From: Phycisphaeraceae bacterium
Lineage (GTDB): Bacteria; Planctomycetota; Phycisphaerae; Phycisphaerales; Phycisphaeraceae
Length of the DNA: 64,000 nucleotides
Direction of reading: 5' to 3'
Assembly (NCBI GenBank): GCA_963674705.1
Contig: OY771506.1
Location: forward strand, 1,728,001 to 1,792,000
Shown here: in pieces, positions 49,064-59,618 of the stretch
Position numbering within the stretch: position 1 is the stretch's first letter
How the letters are laid out: every line of letters begins with the position of its first letter
The notes under the pieces: generated by a model
Told to the model about the DNA's origin: nothing
What the model saw: only the letters and a program-made list of their open reading frames with translations
Databases searched by the model: none
Position numbers and translations under genes: made by a program

Positions 49064-49789
49064 TCAATCTTCCTCATACACCGGCATCGGGATCATGTCC
49101 GTCGGCCCGCCTTCCAGGGGTTCGCCCAGGTCGATCTGCGGTTGTTTGCCTTCGCGCACCTGATGGACCCAGTTCACGAAGCTGCCATCTTCTAGATAGC
49201 GATAGAAGTCAACGCCCGGGCAGTCGGTTTGCGCCAAGTCCTTGTGGCCGCGGATCATGTCATCGGATACGCCATACTCCTGCGCGAGCCACGCCACGAG
49301 CTTCGCCGCCGACTCCGCCTGCTGCGGGCTGACGCGCTGCTCCATGAAGTTGCCCATCACCAGTACACCGATGTGGCCGTTGACGTCATATGTCGTGTTC
49401 GTCTCCGGTTCATACATCACCGGCCGACCCTCGAAGATCTTCCCGTCCGGCGCGATCAGAAAATGGTAAGGCAAGTCCGGCCAACCCTTGCCGCCGTCCT
49501 CCACCGACTTCTTGCCCCACGATTGCAGGTTCTTGATCTTCCGATACGGATCGCTGTCTTCCTGCCACGTCACGCCCGAATGATGCAGCGTGATAAACCG
49601 CGGCTCATGAATCCGATCCTCCGGCATCGGTAAGGGCTCCGACCCCCACTGCTCGGCAGTGACCATCGCCGGCTTCTTCACCTCAACCTGCGCCTGATCG
49701 TTTGCCGTCGCGCATGAAACAAGCGATAGCAGACTGATAAGCAAACAAAAAGACACGGGGAATGTAGATAGTTTCAGTTTGTTATGCAT
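49064..49789 (-). CDS. N-acetylmuramoyl-L-alanine amidase (Amidase_2/PGRP-like), probable lipoprotein
   Basis: ITLHHS, YHFLI..DG.IFEGR and GHKD...TDCPG motifs; LVSC lipobox-like. Confidence 0.85.
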   Translation of the reverse strand: MHNKLKLSTFPVSFCLLISLLSLVSCATANDQAQVEVKKPAMVTAEQWGSEPLPMPEDRIHEPRFITLHHSGVTWQEDSDPYRKIKNLQSWGKKSVEDGGKGWPDLPYHFLIAPDGKIFEGRPVMYEPETNTTYDVNGHIGVLVMGNFMEQRVSPQQAESAAKLVAWLAQEYGVSDDMIRGHKDLAQTDCPGVDFYRYLEDGSFVNWVHQVREGKQPQIDLGEPLEGGPTDMIPMPVYEED

Positions 49790-49829
49790 GGTCGTTTCTC
49801 GATCAATTAAAGTACAAACAAGAAGATTA

Positions 49830-50000
49830 TTAGCCACAGATGAACACGGATAAACAAGGATGGAAGAGTTATCCGAAGATTACGCAGATTTGCGCCGATT
49901 TACGAATACGAAAAGTGATTGAATCTTGAATCTGCGTCATCTGCGGACACTTCCTGTCTTCTTCATTATCTTATTCTTATCCGTGTTAATCCGTGGCTAA
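49830..50000. repeat. Nested palindromic intergenic repeat, copy 2
   Basis: TTAGCCACAGATGAACACGGATAA ... TTATCCGTGTTAATCCGTGGCTAA with inner GCAGAT/ATCTGC arms. Confidence 0.8.
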
Positions 50001-50015
50001 ATACAATCCCAACAA

Positions 50016-50924
50016 TCACCCCGGATCGATAAAGTCAATCTCACCACAATCCGGCACGATCCCTGCGTCCGAGGCTTCTTTTAATAAGCGTCGTACCGCT
50101 TCGCGGCCTTTCTCGCCGTAATCCAGCGTCCAATCGTTGACGTACATGCCGACGAACTCGTCCGCCAGGTCCTGGCCCATGTTGCGAGCCCAGTTCAGCG
50201 AGAACTTTACCGCCTCGTCGCGGTTCTTCAGTGCGTACTCGATCGAGTCGAGCAGCACACGGCATATCTCCGGCATGGCGTCGCCCATATCGCGACGGAT
50301 CGCGTTACCGCCTAACGGCAAAGGCAGCTTCCGCGAATCGGTCCACCACTTGCCCAGGTCGATCACACAGTGCAAACCCTCATCGCCATACGTGAGCTGG
50401 CCCTCGTGAATGATCAGGCCCGCATCATATTCGCCGGCCACGACCTTCGGGATGATTTCGTCGAACATCACGAACGATTCGTTGACATCGTCCTTGCTCA
50501 TCGCGTTTTCACTGAGCATCAGTTGCGCCGACAGCCAGGCGGACGTGCGGTAGCCGGGGATAGCCAGGTTTGCGCCCTTGAGGTCTTTGATGGTCATCGG
50601 CTTGGAAGACACGATCATCGGGCCGTACCCATCGCCCATGGATGAGCCGCAGCTTGTCAGTGCGTACTTGTCCGCGATGAACGGGTACTGGTGGATCGAC
50701 AGCGCGGTGATTTCCAACTCACCCTTGGCGCTGCGTTCGTTCAACGACTGGATATCTTCCAGCACATGCACGAAGTCGTACCGCCCTGTGTTGATCTTCG
50801 GCGTCAGCTTCGTGCCGTCCGGCATCACAAAGTTCGCCAACGGGTACCACATGAACGCATCATCCGGGTCCGGGCTGTGCCCGATGTGAAGTGTCTTCCG
50901 TCCTGTATCTGTCGAAGTATTCAT
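50016..50924 (-). CDS. mqnD: 1,4-dihydroxy-6-naphthoate synthase (futalosine menaquinone pathway)
   Basis: GHSPDPDDAFM, G.GYGP, IIHEGQLTY, LPLPLG and MYVN motifs. Confidence 0.88.
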   Translation of the reverse strand: MNTSTDTGRKTLHIGHSPDPDDAFMWYPLANFVMPDGTKLTPKINTGRYDFVHVLEDIQSLNERSAKGELEITALSIHQYPFIADKYALTSCGSSMGDGYGPMIVSSKPMTIKDLKGANLAIPGYRTSAWLSAQLMLSENAMSKDDVNESFVMFDEIIPKVVAGEYDAGLIIHEGQLTYGDEGLHCVIDLGKWWTDSRKLPLPLGGNAIRRDMGDAMPEICRVLLDSIEYALKNRDEAVKFSLNWARNMGQDLADEFVGMYVNDWTLDYGEKGREAVRRLLKEASDAGIVPDCGEIDFIDPG

Positions 50925-51148
50925 GCCCGGCAGTTTAGCGGTATCGGCCGGGGATGGCGAAATGGGCGCGACCGCCGGAATATAAGCCTATTTATGCGCT
51001 TTTGCCCTCCCGAACAGCCAACCGGGCCGACCACGTGTATGCCGGCTCGGATCACCTTAGAATAGATGCTGATGCGCGATCGCCCATTTATCTGCGCATC
51101 CACGCGTTGCAAACAGGCACCCTGACCGAAGCCAATCTGGAACTGTTC

Positions 51149-52411
51149 ATGATCGACTTCCTGAGATTCCGCTGGAACCGTATCCGAGAAAAACTGTGGG
51201 TCCGACCGCTGCTGATGTGTATCATCTCGCTCGCCGCTGTCTTGCTGGCGAAAACGATCGAGTTCACCCCGCTCTCTGAGCACCTGCCGGTGATTTCGAT
51301 CGATGCCATCGAAGCGCTGCTGACGATACTCACCGCGGGCATGCTCGTGATCGCCACCTTCGCGGTGGGATCGATGGTCGCCGCTTATACCAGTGCGGGC
51401 AACACCGCCACGCCGCGCACGTTCCCCCTCATGATCTCTGACGACGTCTCGCAGAACGCGCTGTCGACTTTCATCGGCGCGTTCATCTTCAGTGTCGTTG
51501 CGGTCGTCTTTCAGAAGCACGGATACTACGGCCAGGGCGGGCGCTTCGTCCTGTTTGTCCTGACCTGTTTTGTCTTCGTGATCGTCATCATGACTTTCGT
51601 CTATTGGGTCGACCGCATCGCTCGGCTCGGTAGACTCAGCCAGACCATCGACAAGGTCGAAGCCGTGACGTCCAGGGCCCTGCGCCGCCGACGCAACGCC
51701 CCGACGATGGGCGGACAACTCTTCGATACACTGCCAACCGATGCCCTGCCCGTTTACAGCCAAAGGTTCGGCTACGTGCAGCGGATCAACATCGACAGCC
51801 TGCAAAAACTCGCCAAGGATGCCGACGCCACCATCTATGTCGCCGCCCAGCCCGGCGCGTTTATCGTCCCGGGAAGGCCTATCGCGCATGTGCTGCACAA
51901 CCCATCAGATCCCGACAAACTCGACATCAACTGCCTCCAGCAGGCGTTCCTGATCGATGATGATCGAACCTTCGACAACGACCCGCGGTTCGGCCTGATC
52001 GTACTCTCCGAAATCGCAGGCAAAGCGCTGTCGCCCGCGGTCAACGACCCCGGCACCGCGATCGATGTGGTCGGCTCGTTTGTCCGCCTCTTTGCCGAGT
52101 GGGCTAAGCCCGCGAAAAACGGCAAACCACCCGCCTGTCATTACGACCGTGTTTTCATCCCCGCGATATCCGTCCACGATATGTTCGATGATGCGTTCTG
52201 GTCGCTTGCCCGCGACGGCGCCGGCTCAGTCGAAGTCATGAGCCGGTTGCTTAAGGCACTCGCTTCGTTCACGACGCTTGACGACCCGCATATGAAAGAG
52301 GCCGCGATCAGACACACACAACTTGTGCGCCAGCGTGCGGAACGGGCCATGTCTCAGGACGAAGACCTTGCGATCATCCGTGAGTTGTCGCGCTTCACGG
52401 AATCGGGATAG
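51149..52411 (+). CDS. DUF2254-family membrane protein
   Basis: TPR, DPRFGLIVLSEIA.KALSPAVNDPGTA. Confidence 0.82.
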   Translation: MIDFLRFRWNRIREKLWVRPLLMCIISLAAVLLAKTIEFTPLSEHLPVISIDAIEALLTILTAGMLVIATFAVGSMVAAYTSAGNTATPRTFPLMISDDVSQNALSTFIGAFIFSVVAVVFQKHGYYGQGGRFVLFVLTCFVFVIVIMTFVYWVDRIARLGRLSQTIDKVEAVTSRALRRRRNAPTMGGQLFDTLPTDALPVYSQRFGYVQRINIDSLQKLAKDADATIYVAAQPGAFIVPGRPIAHVLHNPSDPDKLDINCLQQAFLIDDDRTFDNDPRFGLIVLSEIAGKALSPAVNDPGTAIDVVGSFVRLFAEWAKPAKNGKPPACHYDRVFIPAISVHDMFDDAFWSLARDGAGSVEVMSRLLKALASFTTLDDPHMKEAAIRHTQLVRQRAERAMSQDEDLAIIRELSRFTESG

Positions 52412-52431
52412 CTTCCTTGTTCCGCTGACGC

Positions 52432-53904
52432 TCAGTGCGAGTTCTCACTCTTCTTAACCTGATACAGCGGGTTCGGCACAGGCATCTGCACATCCGCATC
52501 ATGCAGCCATGACGTGAGGCGCTTGTGTAGCTGCTCAACTATTTCCGGATACTTCGCCGCTACGTTCTGCGACTCGCTGATGTCTTCAGCGAGGTTGTAC
52601 AGCTCGATACGGTTGTCTTCGTAAAACTGGATCAGCTTCCAGTCGCCTGATCGGATCACGCTGCAGGGTGTCGCCGGATCGGGGTGACCCGCGCCGATGT
52701 AGTTCGGGAAGTGCCAGAACAGTGCATCGCGATCGATGCTTGCCGTCTGAGTCAGCAGCGGCATCAGGTCGACGCCGTCCACATGCTGCGTCGGCATCGC
52801 GGGCAGATCAACCGCATCCAGCAGCGTGGGATAGAAGTCCGTGCTGGTCACGGGTGTATCACACGTGCTGCCTGCTTCGATCACACCCGGCCAGCGCACG
52901 ATCAAAGGCACACGGATGCCGCCCTCATAGAAGTTCCCCTTGTTGCCTCGCAACGGCTGCGCCGATGTGTACTTGCCATGCCCGCCGTTGTCGGAATAGA
53001 AAACGACGATCGTGTTGTCCGCGAGGTCCAGATCTTCCAACGTCTGCAAGACACGCCCGACGTTCTGATCGACGTTATCCACCATCGCGGCGTACTTCGC
53101 GTTGTTTTGATGCTCACCCTTGGGTCGATCTTCATACTTGGCAAGGTCTTCATCCTTCACCTGGATCGGCGTGTGCACCGCGTAATGCGACAGGTAAATA
53201 AAGAAAGGACGATCCCTGTTCATCTTGATGAACTTGATCGTCTCGTCCGTCAGTCGATCCGTCAGGTATTCGCCTTCGTGGCCATCCTTAAAAAGCTGCC
53301 AGTTGATCCATGGATGATCCTTCGTCATCCGCCACTTGCCTTTGTAAGGATAGAAGTACGTGCCGGGGTTGCCCATGTTGTTGCCGGCGATGTTCATATC
53401 GAAGCCCTGCGCCTCGGGGTAGTACGCCTCATCCCAACAGACGTGCCACTTACCGATGCTCGCGCAGACGTAGCCCTGCTCCTTCAAAGCTTCCGCGATC
53501 GTCACCTCTTCCAACGGCAGGTTCTTGACGTAGTTGGCCGGGATCAAAGGCAAGGGCCCTTCCATCCGCAGGTTGCCCTGGATCGGGATCGCATGCGTGA
53601 TGCGCAGCCGGCCGGGATACTTGCCCGTCAAGATCGCCGCACGCGTCGGCGAACACACCGAACAGGCCGCATACGCCTGAGTGAACTTCATCCCCTCACC
53701 GGCCAACCGATCGATATTAGGCGTGTCATAAAAATCGCTGCCGAAACAACCCACATCCGTCCAGCCCAGGTCGTCGATCAATATGAAAACAATATTCGGC
53801 AGCCGATCAGGTTCAACAACCTCCGGCGGCTCCGCTTGAACGCGCACGATCGTAGCCAGTCCAATCAACAACACTGACATCAAAAGCAATCGAGACATGG
53901 TCAT
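52432..53904 (-). CDS. Formylglycine-dependent sulfatase (arylsulfatase-like), exported
   Basis: PNIVFILIDDLG, CSPTRAAILTG, GKWH, SDNG and YEGGIRVP motifs. Confidence 0.93.
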   Translation of the reverse strand: MTMSRLLLMSVLLIGLATIVRVQAEPPEVVEPDRLPNIVFILIDDLGWTDVGCFGSDFYDTPNIDRLAGEGMKFTQAYAACSVCSPTRAAILTGKYPGRLRITHAIPIQGNLRMEGPLPLIPANYVKNLPLEEVTIAEALKEQGYVCASIGKWHVCWDEAYYPEAQGFDMNIAGNNMGNPGTYFYPYKGKWRMTKDHPWINWQLFKDGHEGEYLTDRLTDETIKFIKMNRDRPFFIYLSHYAVHTPIQVKDEDLAKYEDRPKGEHQNNAKYAAMVDNVDQNVGRVLQTLEDLDLADNTIVVFYSDNGGHGKYTSAQPLRGNKGNFYEGGIRVPLIVRWPGVIEAGSTCDTPVTSTDFYPTLLDAVDLPAMPTQHVDGVDLMPLLTQTASIDRDALFWHFPNYIGAGHPDPATPCSVIRSGDWKLIQFYEDNRIELYNLAEDISESQNVAAKYPEIVEQLHKRLTSWLHDADVQMPVPNPLYQVKKSENSH

Positions 53905-54075
53905 CTAAACTCCGACAAGATCTCTCCAAGTATCACAACAACCATATTACATCCAACGCACGTTGACAATGAAAACTTCAACACAAAAGTATCACACAAG
54001 AAAGATGGAATATGTGCGCTTGGCGGATAAATATTTCTTAAAAAATGCTTCGGATATGCGTGGGAAGATATGAAG

Positions 54076-54844
54076 TTTAGCCACCGATGAACACGGATAA
54101 GAGAAACATAGCCGGGCTGGAAGTGAATTCGAGTGGTCGTGCCTAAAAGCTTTATCTAAGGTTGAGACTGTTCTGTTTCTGTCACCACTTGCAGGTGAGA
54201 TTCATCGGGCGGCACAAGCATCATTAATTCAAAGAACGGGGTTCTACGACTCCATTTAGATATATAACCTTCTTCCACCTTGCCCGGCTTTACCTCTCGA
54301 TAGACGTACCAACCTTCAAACATCGTTATCAGCTGATTCCCGGATTCGGTATCGTGTTGAACTAGGATAGCGGTTTGTGTTGTAGGCTTCTTCTTCCATG
54401 CTTCAAATGAGAATGACGCAGGAGCCTCTTCGCTTGTCGCGGGTGTTGCATTAATTCCACCGAGCCAATCGTATAAGCCCCCAAACCGAACACTAGAAGG
54501 GTCAAGTACAATCACTCGTATCTGGCTTGGATCGTCTGACTCACTCAGATAAACGTAGATGGGATATTGGGGCATGTAACCTATATCAACGTACTCCGGT
54601 TCTTCATCCGACCAATAGTGGATCCACGCCAACACCACGCACGTCAGAATCGCACCGATAATCGCGCCAATGACGAGTGACGGGTGGTGAGTTTTTGTCT
54701 GTGTTAGACTCATATCCGGATACCTTTAAGGAGTCTTCAACCCTAAAGGTATCGACATAAATCAGGAAATTATTCAACGGTGTTTATATAAACATAGACC
54801 TATAGGTATTGATTAATATGAATCCGTGTTCATCTGTGGCTAAA
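54076..54844. repeat. Palindromic repeat copy 3: 23-bp inverted arms enclosing a cargo ORF
   Basis: TTTAGCCACCGATGAACACGGAT (54076) and ATCCGTGTTCATCTGTGGCTAAA (54822-54844), 22/23 complementary. Confidence 0.75.
54156..54713 (-). CDS. Hypothetical single-TM protein, AT-richer than its neighbours
   Basis: 185-aa ORF with N-terminal TM helix, inside the repeat arms. Confidence 0.6.
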   Translation of the reverse strand: MSLTQTKTHHPSLVIGAIIGAILTCVVLAWIHYWSDEEPEYVDIGYMPQYPIYVYLSESDDPSQIRVIVLDPSSVRFGGLYDWLGGINATPATSEEAPASFSFEAWKKKPTTQTAILVQHDTESGNQLITMFEGWYVYREVKPGKVEEGYISKWSRRTPFFELMMLVPPDESHLQVVTETEQSQP

Positions 54845-54848
54845 ACTG

Positions 54849-55424
54849 CTACTCAGCTTCCGCCACGCGCTCACGGATCATCTTCATCAGGCGCGCTTCC
54901 ATGTAGGGGTCCCGGCCGATCGGTTCCCAGTACGTGCCGATGACGCCCTGCTCGCTCAGCGCTCTTGGGGTTGCGGCCAGGTCGGTGAAGACGGTTCGCC
55001 GGGCTGATCCGGCCATGCGGCGCGTGGGGACTTCCATGCGCTCGCGGATCACTTCAACCTCAAACGTGTAGCCATCGTCCGTGCTTGACGCTTCGTCCTT
55101 TGCAAACTGCACGTTCACGCGCCGCTGTTCATTGGAAAGCGTTGAGCTGATCGTCTGGTCGGTCGTCGTGTTCTGATCGTTCCAGACCTCGAAGATATTC
55201 GGCGAGCCCTGGCCCAACGTCGTGATCGTTCCGAACCGGTAGTCCCGCCGATCGATCACGTACCCCTTCTCTCGCAGCACGTCGATCGTTGTCTCGAAGT
55301 AGTCTTTATATTGTTCGCTGCTGATCGCGACCGGGTTATCGGCTTCAACAAGCTGCCGGGAGCAGCCTGCGCCTAAAAAACAGATCACGATAAGCAGTAT
55401 CAGGCATCGGTGTCGGCTGGTCAT
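54849..55424 (-). CDS. Hypothetical lipoprotein
   Basis: Signal peptide with GAGC lipobox-like motif. Confidence 0.65.
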   Translation of the reverse strand: MTSRHRCLILLIVICFLGAGCSRQLVEADNPVAISSEQYKDYFETTIDVLREKGYVIDRRDYRFGTITTLGQGSPNIFEVWNDQNTTTDQTISSTLSNEQRRVNVQFAKDEASSTDDGYTFEVEVIRERMEVPTRRMAGSARRTVFTDLAATPRALSEQGVIGTYWEPIGRDPYMEARLMKMIRERVAEAE

Positions 55425-55740
55425 GGTGCTATCAGTCTACCCGAGACCGGAAAAACCCGCTACGCCTCGATTAGCTGGGGTTTTTGCTAGTTATTGAAGC
55501 AAACGGTTCAACGTCTGACCGTCTTATCGAACCCACTAACGGCTAGCCCATCCCAACCCGATAAGTCGATAACCCTTCCCGCCAGACCCATATCCTGCGG
55601 AAACATTTGCACAACACTAAAGCACATCACTACCTGCACCGATCCTGAGATAGTCCGATGCGATGGTCCAGGGATCATCTTATCCGGGCCTTGGAGGCAA
55701 GGCCTCAAACCAGCGACAGCCTTTGAGCGGAGAAAGACTC

Positions 55741-56271
55741 ATGGCAACCGAAACGCAGACACAGTATACGCAAGACATCAGTGCCTCCGGCGGCCAGTCA
55801 TCATCCGATGGCGAACTGCTGCAGCTCGTGAGTTTCGAGGTCGGCGATGAAGAATACGCCGTCCCGATCCTCAGCGTCCAGGAAATCAACCGGATGATGC
55901 AGATCACCCGTGTGCCTCAGAGCCCCGAGTTCGTCGAGGGCGTCATCAATCTGCGCGGCAAGATCATACCCGTGATCGACCTGCGCAAACGCTTCGGCCT
56001 CACCGAGCTGGAGAACTCCGACGACGTGCGCATCATCGTCGTCGAAGTCGCCAACCGTGTGATCGGCTTTACCGTCGACCGCGTCAACGAGGTGCTGCGT
56101 ATCAGCTCCAGCATCGTCGAGCCCCCGCCGTCGATGGTTTGCGGCATCGATACCGACTACGTGCAAGGGGTCGGCAAGCTTGATGATCGCCTCTTGATCC
56201 TGCTTCACCTTGAGAAGCTGTTCTCGGCCGCGGAAATCGCGGAAATCGACCAGGGCCTCAAGGCCGCGTAA
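55741..56271 (+). CDS. cheW: Chemotaxis coupling protein CheW
   Basis: TRVPQSPEFVEGVINLRGKIIPVIDL. Confidence 0.93.
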   Translation: MATETQTQYTQDISASGGQSSSDGELLQLVSFEVGDEEYAVPILSVQEINRMMQITRVPQSPEFVEGVINLRGKIIPVIDLRKRFGLTELENSDDVRIIVVEVANRVIGFTVDRVNEVLRISSSIVEPPPSMVCGIDTDYVQGVGKLDDRLLILLHLEKLFSAAEIAEIDQGLKAA

Positions 56272-56361
56272 ATCTTTGTTCCCGGGTCCGCTGTCACAGG
56301 CGGGCCCGGAAAACTTTGATAGGGGCTGTTTCATCTCGGGGTAATAAGGGCAGGTAAACCA

Positions 56362-57207
56362 ATGGCACTCAAAAGCATCACACTGAGTCCCGCTCAGTTC
56401 GAGAAACTGCGTAAGGTCGTTTACGAACGTTCGGGCATCTACTTCCAGGATTCCAAGAAGTATGTTCTGGAAAGCAGGCTCTCGCGACGCCTGGAAGAAC
56501 TTGAGTTTGACGACTTCGACCAATACATCATGTTCCTGACCGCCGGCCCGTACCAGTCCGACGAGTTCCAGGAAATGTTCAACCGCATCACCATCAACGA
56601 GACCAGCTTCTTCCGCAACGAGCCACAACTGGAAGTTTTCGAACGCGAGGTTCTGCCTCAACTTCTCGAAAAACGCAGCAGCACCAAAACCCTGCGCATC
56701 TGGTCCGCGGCGTGTTCAAGTGGGGAAGAACCTTACACCCTCGCGATCCAGGTCCACCGCTCCCTCGGCGTCCGACTGGCGGACTGGCGCATCGAGATCC
56801 TCGGCACGGACATCAGCGAAAAGGTCCTCATGACCGCGCAGTCCGGCAAGTACCCCCACTACTCGATCCGCTCCGTCAACCCGATGGTGCTCAACCGCTA
56901 CTTCAAAGAAGAGGGCAGCCTCTTCGTGCTCGATCCGACGATCCAGAGCATGGTCAGCTTCCAGAAGCTGAACCTCAAGGACAAGCTGGCCGCCAAACGC
57001 TTCGGCAAGTGGGACGTCATCTTCTGCCGAAACGTCATGATCTACTTCGATGATGAAATGAAGAACCTGTGCGCCAACATGTTCCACGAACAGCTCCAGG
57101 ATGATGGGACATTGTTCATCGGCCACAGCGAAACACTACGCAATCTGAACGCTAAATTTGAGGCGCTGCCCTTCCCCCAGGGATTCGCATACAAGAAGGG
57201 CGCTTAA
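56362..57207 (+). CDS. cheR: Chemotaxis methyltransferase CheR
   Basis: TINETSFFR, IWSAACSSGEEPY, DVIFCRNVMIYF and GHSE motifs. Confidence 0.95.
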   Translation: MALKSITLSPAQFEKLRKVVYERSGIYFQDSKKYVLESRLSRRLEELEFDDFDQYIMFLTAGPYQSDEFQEMFNRITINETSFFRNEPQLEVFEREVLPQLLEKRSSTKTLRIWSAACSSGEEPYTLAIQVHRSLGVRLADWRIEILGTDISEKVLMTAQSGKYPHYSIRSVNPMVLNRYFKEEGSLFVLDPTIQSMVSFQKLNLKDKLAAKRFGKWDVIFCRNVMIYFDDEMKNLCANMFHEQLQDDGTLFIGHSETLRNLNAKFEALPFPQGFAYKKGA

Positions 57208-57222
57208 GAGAGGTAAACGAAC

Positions 57223-59598
57223 GTGTCTGACGCCATGGACCCAAGTCTGTTGCAGGACTTCCTGACCGAGTCGGGCGAGCTGATCGAACAGCTCGACGCC
57301 GACCTTGTCAAGCTTGAATCTGCAGATAGCGATGACGAAGCACAGGAACTGTGCAACGGCTGTTTCCGCGCTTTGCACACCATCAAAGGCGCCGCCAGTT
57401 TCCTAGGCCTCACCGCCGTCACCACCTTCGCCCACGCCGCAGAAGATGCGCTGAACCGTCTCCGTAAAGGTGAAGTCGGCGTGACCGAAGAGGTCATGGA
57501 TGCGCTGCTGCAAAGCGCCGACGTCGTCAAGGGTATGATCGAACAGCTCTCGGCCGGCGAAGACGCTCATGATGGCCCGGCAGGCCTGATCGCCACGTTG
57601 CACGCTATCGCCGAAGGGCCCGCGCAAACGGACGCCCCCGCCGACAGCGCCCCGGCTGCCGATAACGCCGCCGCTGCTTCCGATCAAGCACCCGCCAACG
57701 ATGATAAGCCCGGCGAACCGCTGCACCTGGGGCCGCAGAAGATCGACCTGCTCGAGTTCATGATCATCGACCTGCAGGACGCATCCAAGCAGATCGGTGA
57801 AGCCGTGCAAGGCCTGGGTAATGACGCCACCCTCGAAGAATCCGCGAACCATCTGCATGAAGTCTGTCAGGAGATGGAAAAGACCGCCGAGTTCTTCGAG
57901 CTCGATCAACTGACATCGCTTATCAAGGTCCTGACCTCGGTTTCTTCGAAGGTCGCCGAAACGCCACGCGAGATCATTGACGAAATCGCGGTGCGTATCA
58001 AAGCGGCTTTGAAGCTCATCGATCAGCAGACCGTGGCGCTCAACGATCAGCGCGCCTTGAGTTGGCCGTTGGATACCCTCTGCGAACGTCTGACGACACT
58101 GGCGGATGGCAAACCTCTTGACGATGATGTCAAAGGCAAACACGAGGGCGATCCGGACAAGCTGCTGCTTCTCGACGGTGTGATTACCGAAGTACCGGCT
58201 AAAGTCGAATCCGAGCCTGCACCACAAGTCGAATCTGCGACGCAAGCAGAACCTATGGCGGCAGTTGCACAACCCGAAGCCCCGGCAAGTGCTTCAGCTC
58301 AGCCCGCATCCGAACCCGACAAGAGCGCCGAGAAGCCGGAAGAAAAAGCCGCCGCCGCATCGCAGGCAGCAGCCAAGCCCGTCGCCGAGCAGACCATCCG
58401 CGTCGAAGTCAGTCGGCTCGAGTCGTTGCTCAACCTCGTCGGCCAGCTGGTCCTCAACAAGAACCGCATCCTCGCGCTGACACGCAACGTGAAGGATTAC
58501 GACGTCCCACAGGAAGTCGAGGAAGACTTCGCCAGCGCCGCCGGCGACCTGGATCACCTGATGAGCGAGTTGCAGGTCAGTGTCATGCGGACACGCATGC
58601 AGCCGCTGGCCAAGCTCTTCGATCGCTACCCGCGCGTGATCCGTGATATGGCGAGGATGACGCACAAGAAGATCAACCTCGACATCGTCGGCAAGGATAC
58701 CGAGGTCGACAAGACCGTTCTCGAACAGTTGGCCGACCCGCTGGTACATATCCTGCGCAACTCGGCCGACCACGGCGTGGAACTGCCCGAAGACCGTACC
58801 GCCTCGGGCAAGTCTGAGACCGGCACGATCAAACTCGAAGCCGAACACCAGGGCAGCCACGTCCGCGTCGCCATCACCGACGACGGCAAGGGACTCGACC
58901 GCGAAGTCCTTGGCGCCAAGGCTGTCGAGAAAGGCCTGACCACGCCCGAAAAACTCGAACAGCTCTCCGACGAAGACGTCTTCGGATTCATCTTCGCCGC
59001 CGGCTTCTCCACCGCCAAGCAGGTCAGCGACCTGTCCGGCCGGGGCGTCGGGATGGACGTGGTCCGCACCAACATCAACAAGCTCAATGGCACCATCAAC
59101 GTCATGAGCAAGAAGGGTAAAGGCACCACGATCGAGATACTGATCCCGCTGACCGTTGCGATCATGCCTGCCATGGTCGTCGGCGTCGGGTCACACCTGT
59201 ACTCGATCCCGCTTCAGAGCATCGTCGAAATCGTCAGGCCCGAACCCCAAGAAGTGAAGAGCGTTTCAGGACATCCGGTGATGCAGTTGCGCGATACCGT
59301 GCTGCCGCTGCTGGACATGCGTAAGCGTCTGAGTGAAACCCAGGTCGAGGACGGTGGACGCTTTGCCGTGGTCGTCGGTGTCGGCGGTCAACGTGTCGGT
59401 CTGTGTGTCGACAAGCTGGTCGGCCAACAGGAAATCGTGATTAAACCCCTGGACGATACGTACACACAGGGTGGTCCGTTCAGCGGCGCCACCATCCGGG
59501 AAGACGGCGACGTGTGCCTGATCCTGGACGTCGTACAGTTAATTCGTAGCAACAACAACACCAAGCAGGTCAACAGTGAATTGAAGGCGGCCGCCTGA
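57223..59598 (+). CDS. cheA: Chemotaxis histidine kinase CheA
   Basis: FRALHTIKG Hpt, HILRNSADHG, DDGKG, SGRGVGMDVV, C-terminal CheW domain. Confidence 0.95.
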   Translation: MSDAMDPSLLQDFLTESGELIEQLDADLVKLESADSDDEAQELCNGCFRALHTIKGAASFLGLTAVTTFAHAAEDALNRLRKGEVGVTEEVMDALLQSADVVKGMIEQLSAGEDAHDGPAGLIATLHAIAEGPAQTDAPADSAPAADNAAAASDQAPANDDKPGEPLHLGPQKIDLLEFMIIDLQDASKQIGEAVQGLGNDATLEESANHLHEVCQEMEKTAEFFELDQLTSLIKVLTSVSSKVAETPREIIDEIAVRIKAALKLIDQQTVALNDQRALSWPLDTLCERLTTLADGKPLDDDVKGKHEGDPDKLLLLDGVITEVPAKVESEPAPQVESATQAEPMAAVAQPEAPASASAQPASEPDKSAEKPEEKAAAASQAAAKPVAEQTIRVEVSRLESLLNLVGQLVLNKNRILALTRNVKDYDVPQEVEEDFASAAGDLDHLMSELQVSVMRTRMQPLAKLFDRYPRVIRDMARMTHKKINLDIVGKDTEVDKTVLEQLADPLVHILRNSADHGVELPEDRTASGKSETGTIKLEAEHQGSHVRVAITDDGKGLDREVLGAKAVEKGLTTPEKLEQLSDEDVFGFIFAAGFSTAKQVSDLSGRGVGMDVVRTNINKLNGTINVMSKKGKGTTIEILIPLTVAIMPAMVVGVGSHLYSIPLQSIVEIVRPEPQEVKSVSGHPVMQLRDTVLPLLDMRKRLSETQVEDGGRFAVVVGVGGQRVGLCVDKLVGQQEIVIKPLDDTYTQGGPFSGATIREDGDVCLILDVVQLIRSNNNTKQVNSELKAAA

Positions 59599-59618
59599 TA
59601 CTCAAGGAGAACAAAGCC

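Noticed and set aside
52684..53877. 397-aa plus-strand ORF and similar long antisense ORFs (e.g. 50921-51898, 55801-56661, 61099-62034)
   Set aside because: Shadows of well-supported genes on the opposite strand in GC-rich DNA.
55538..55645. Sigma-28-like promoters upstream of cheW (TAAC/TAAA...CCGAT)
   Set aside because: Spacing is one base off consensus and the matches are partial; not supportable without alignment.
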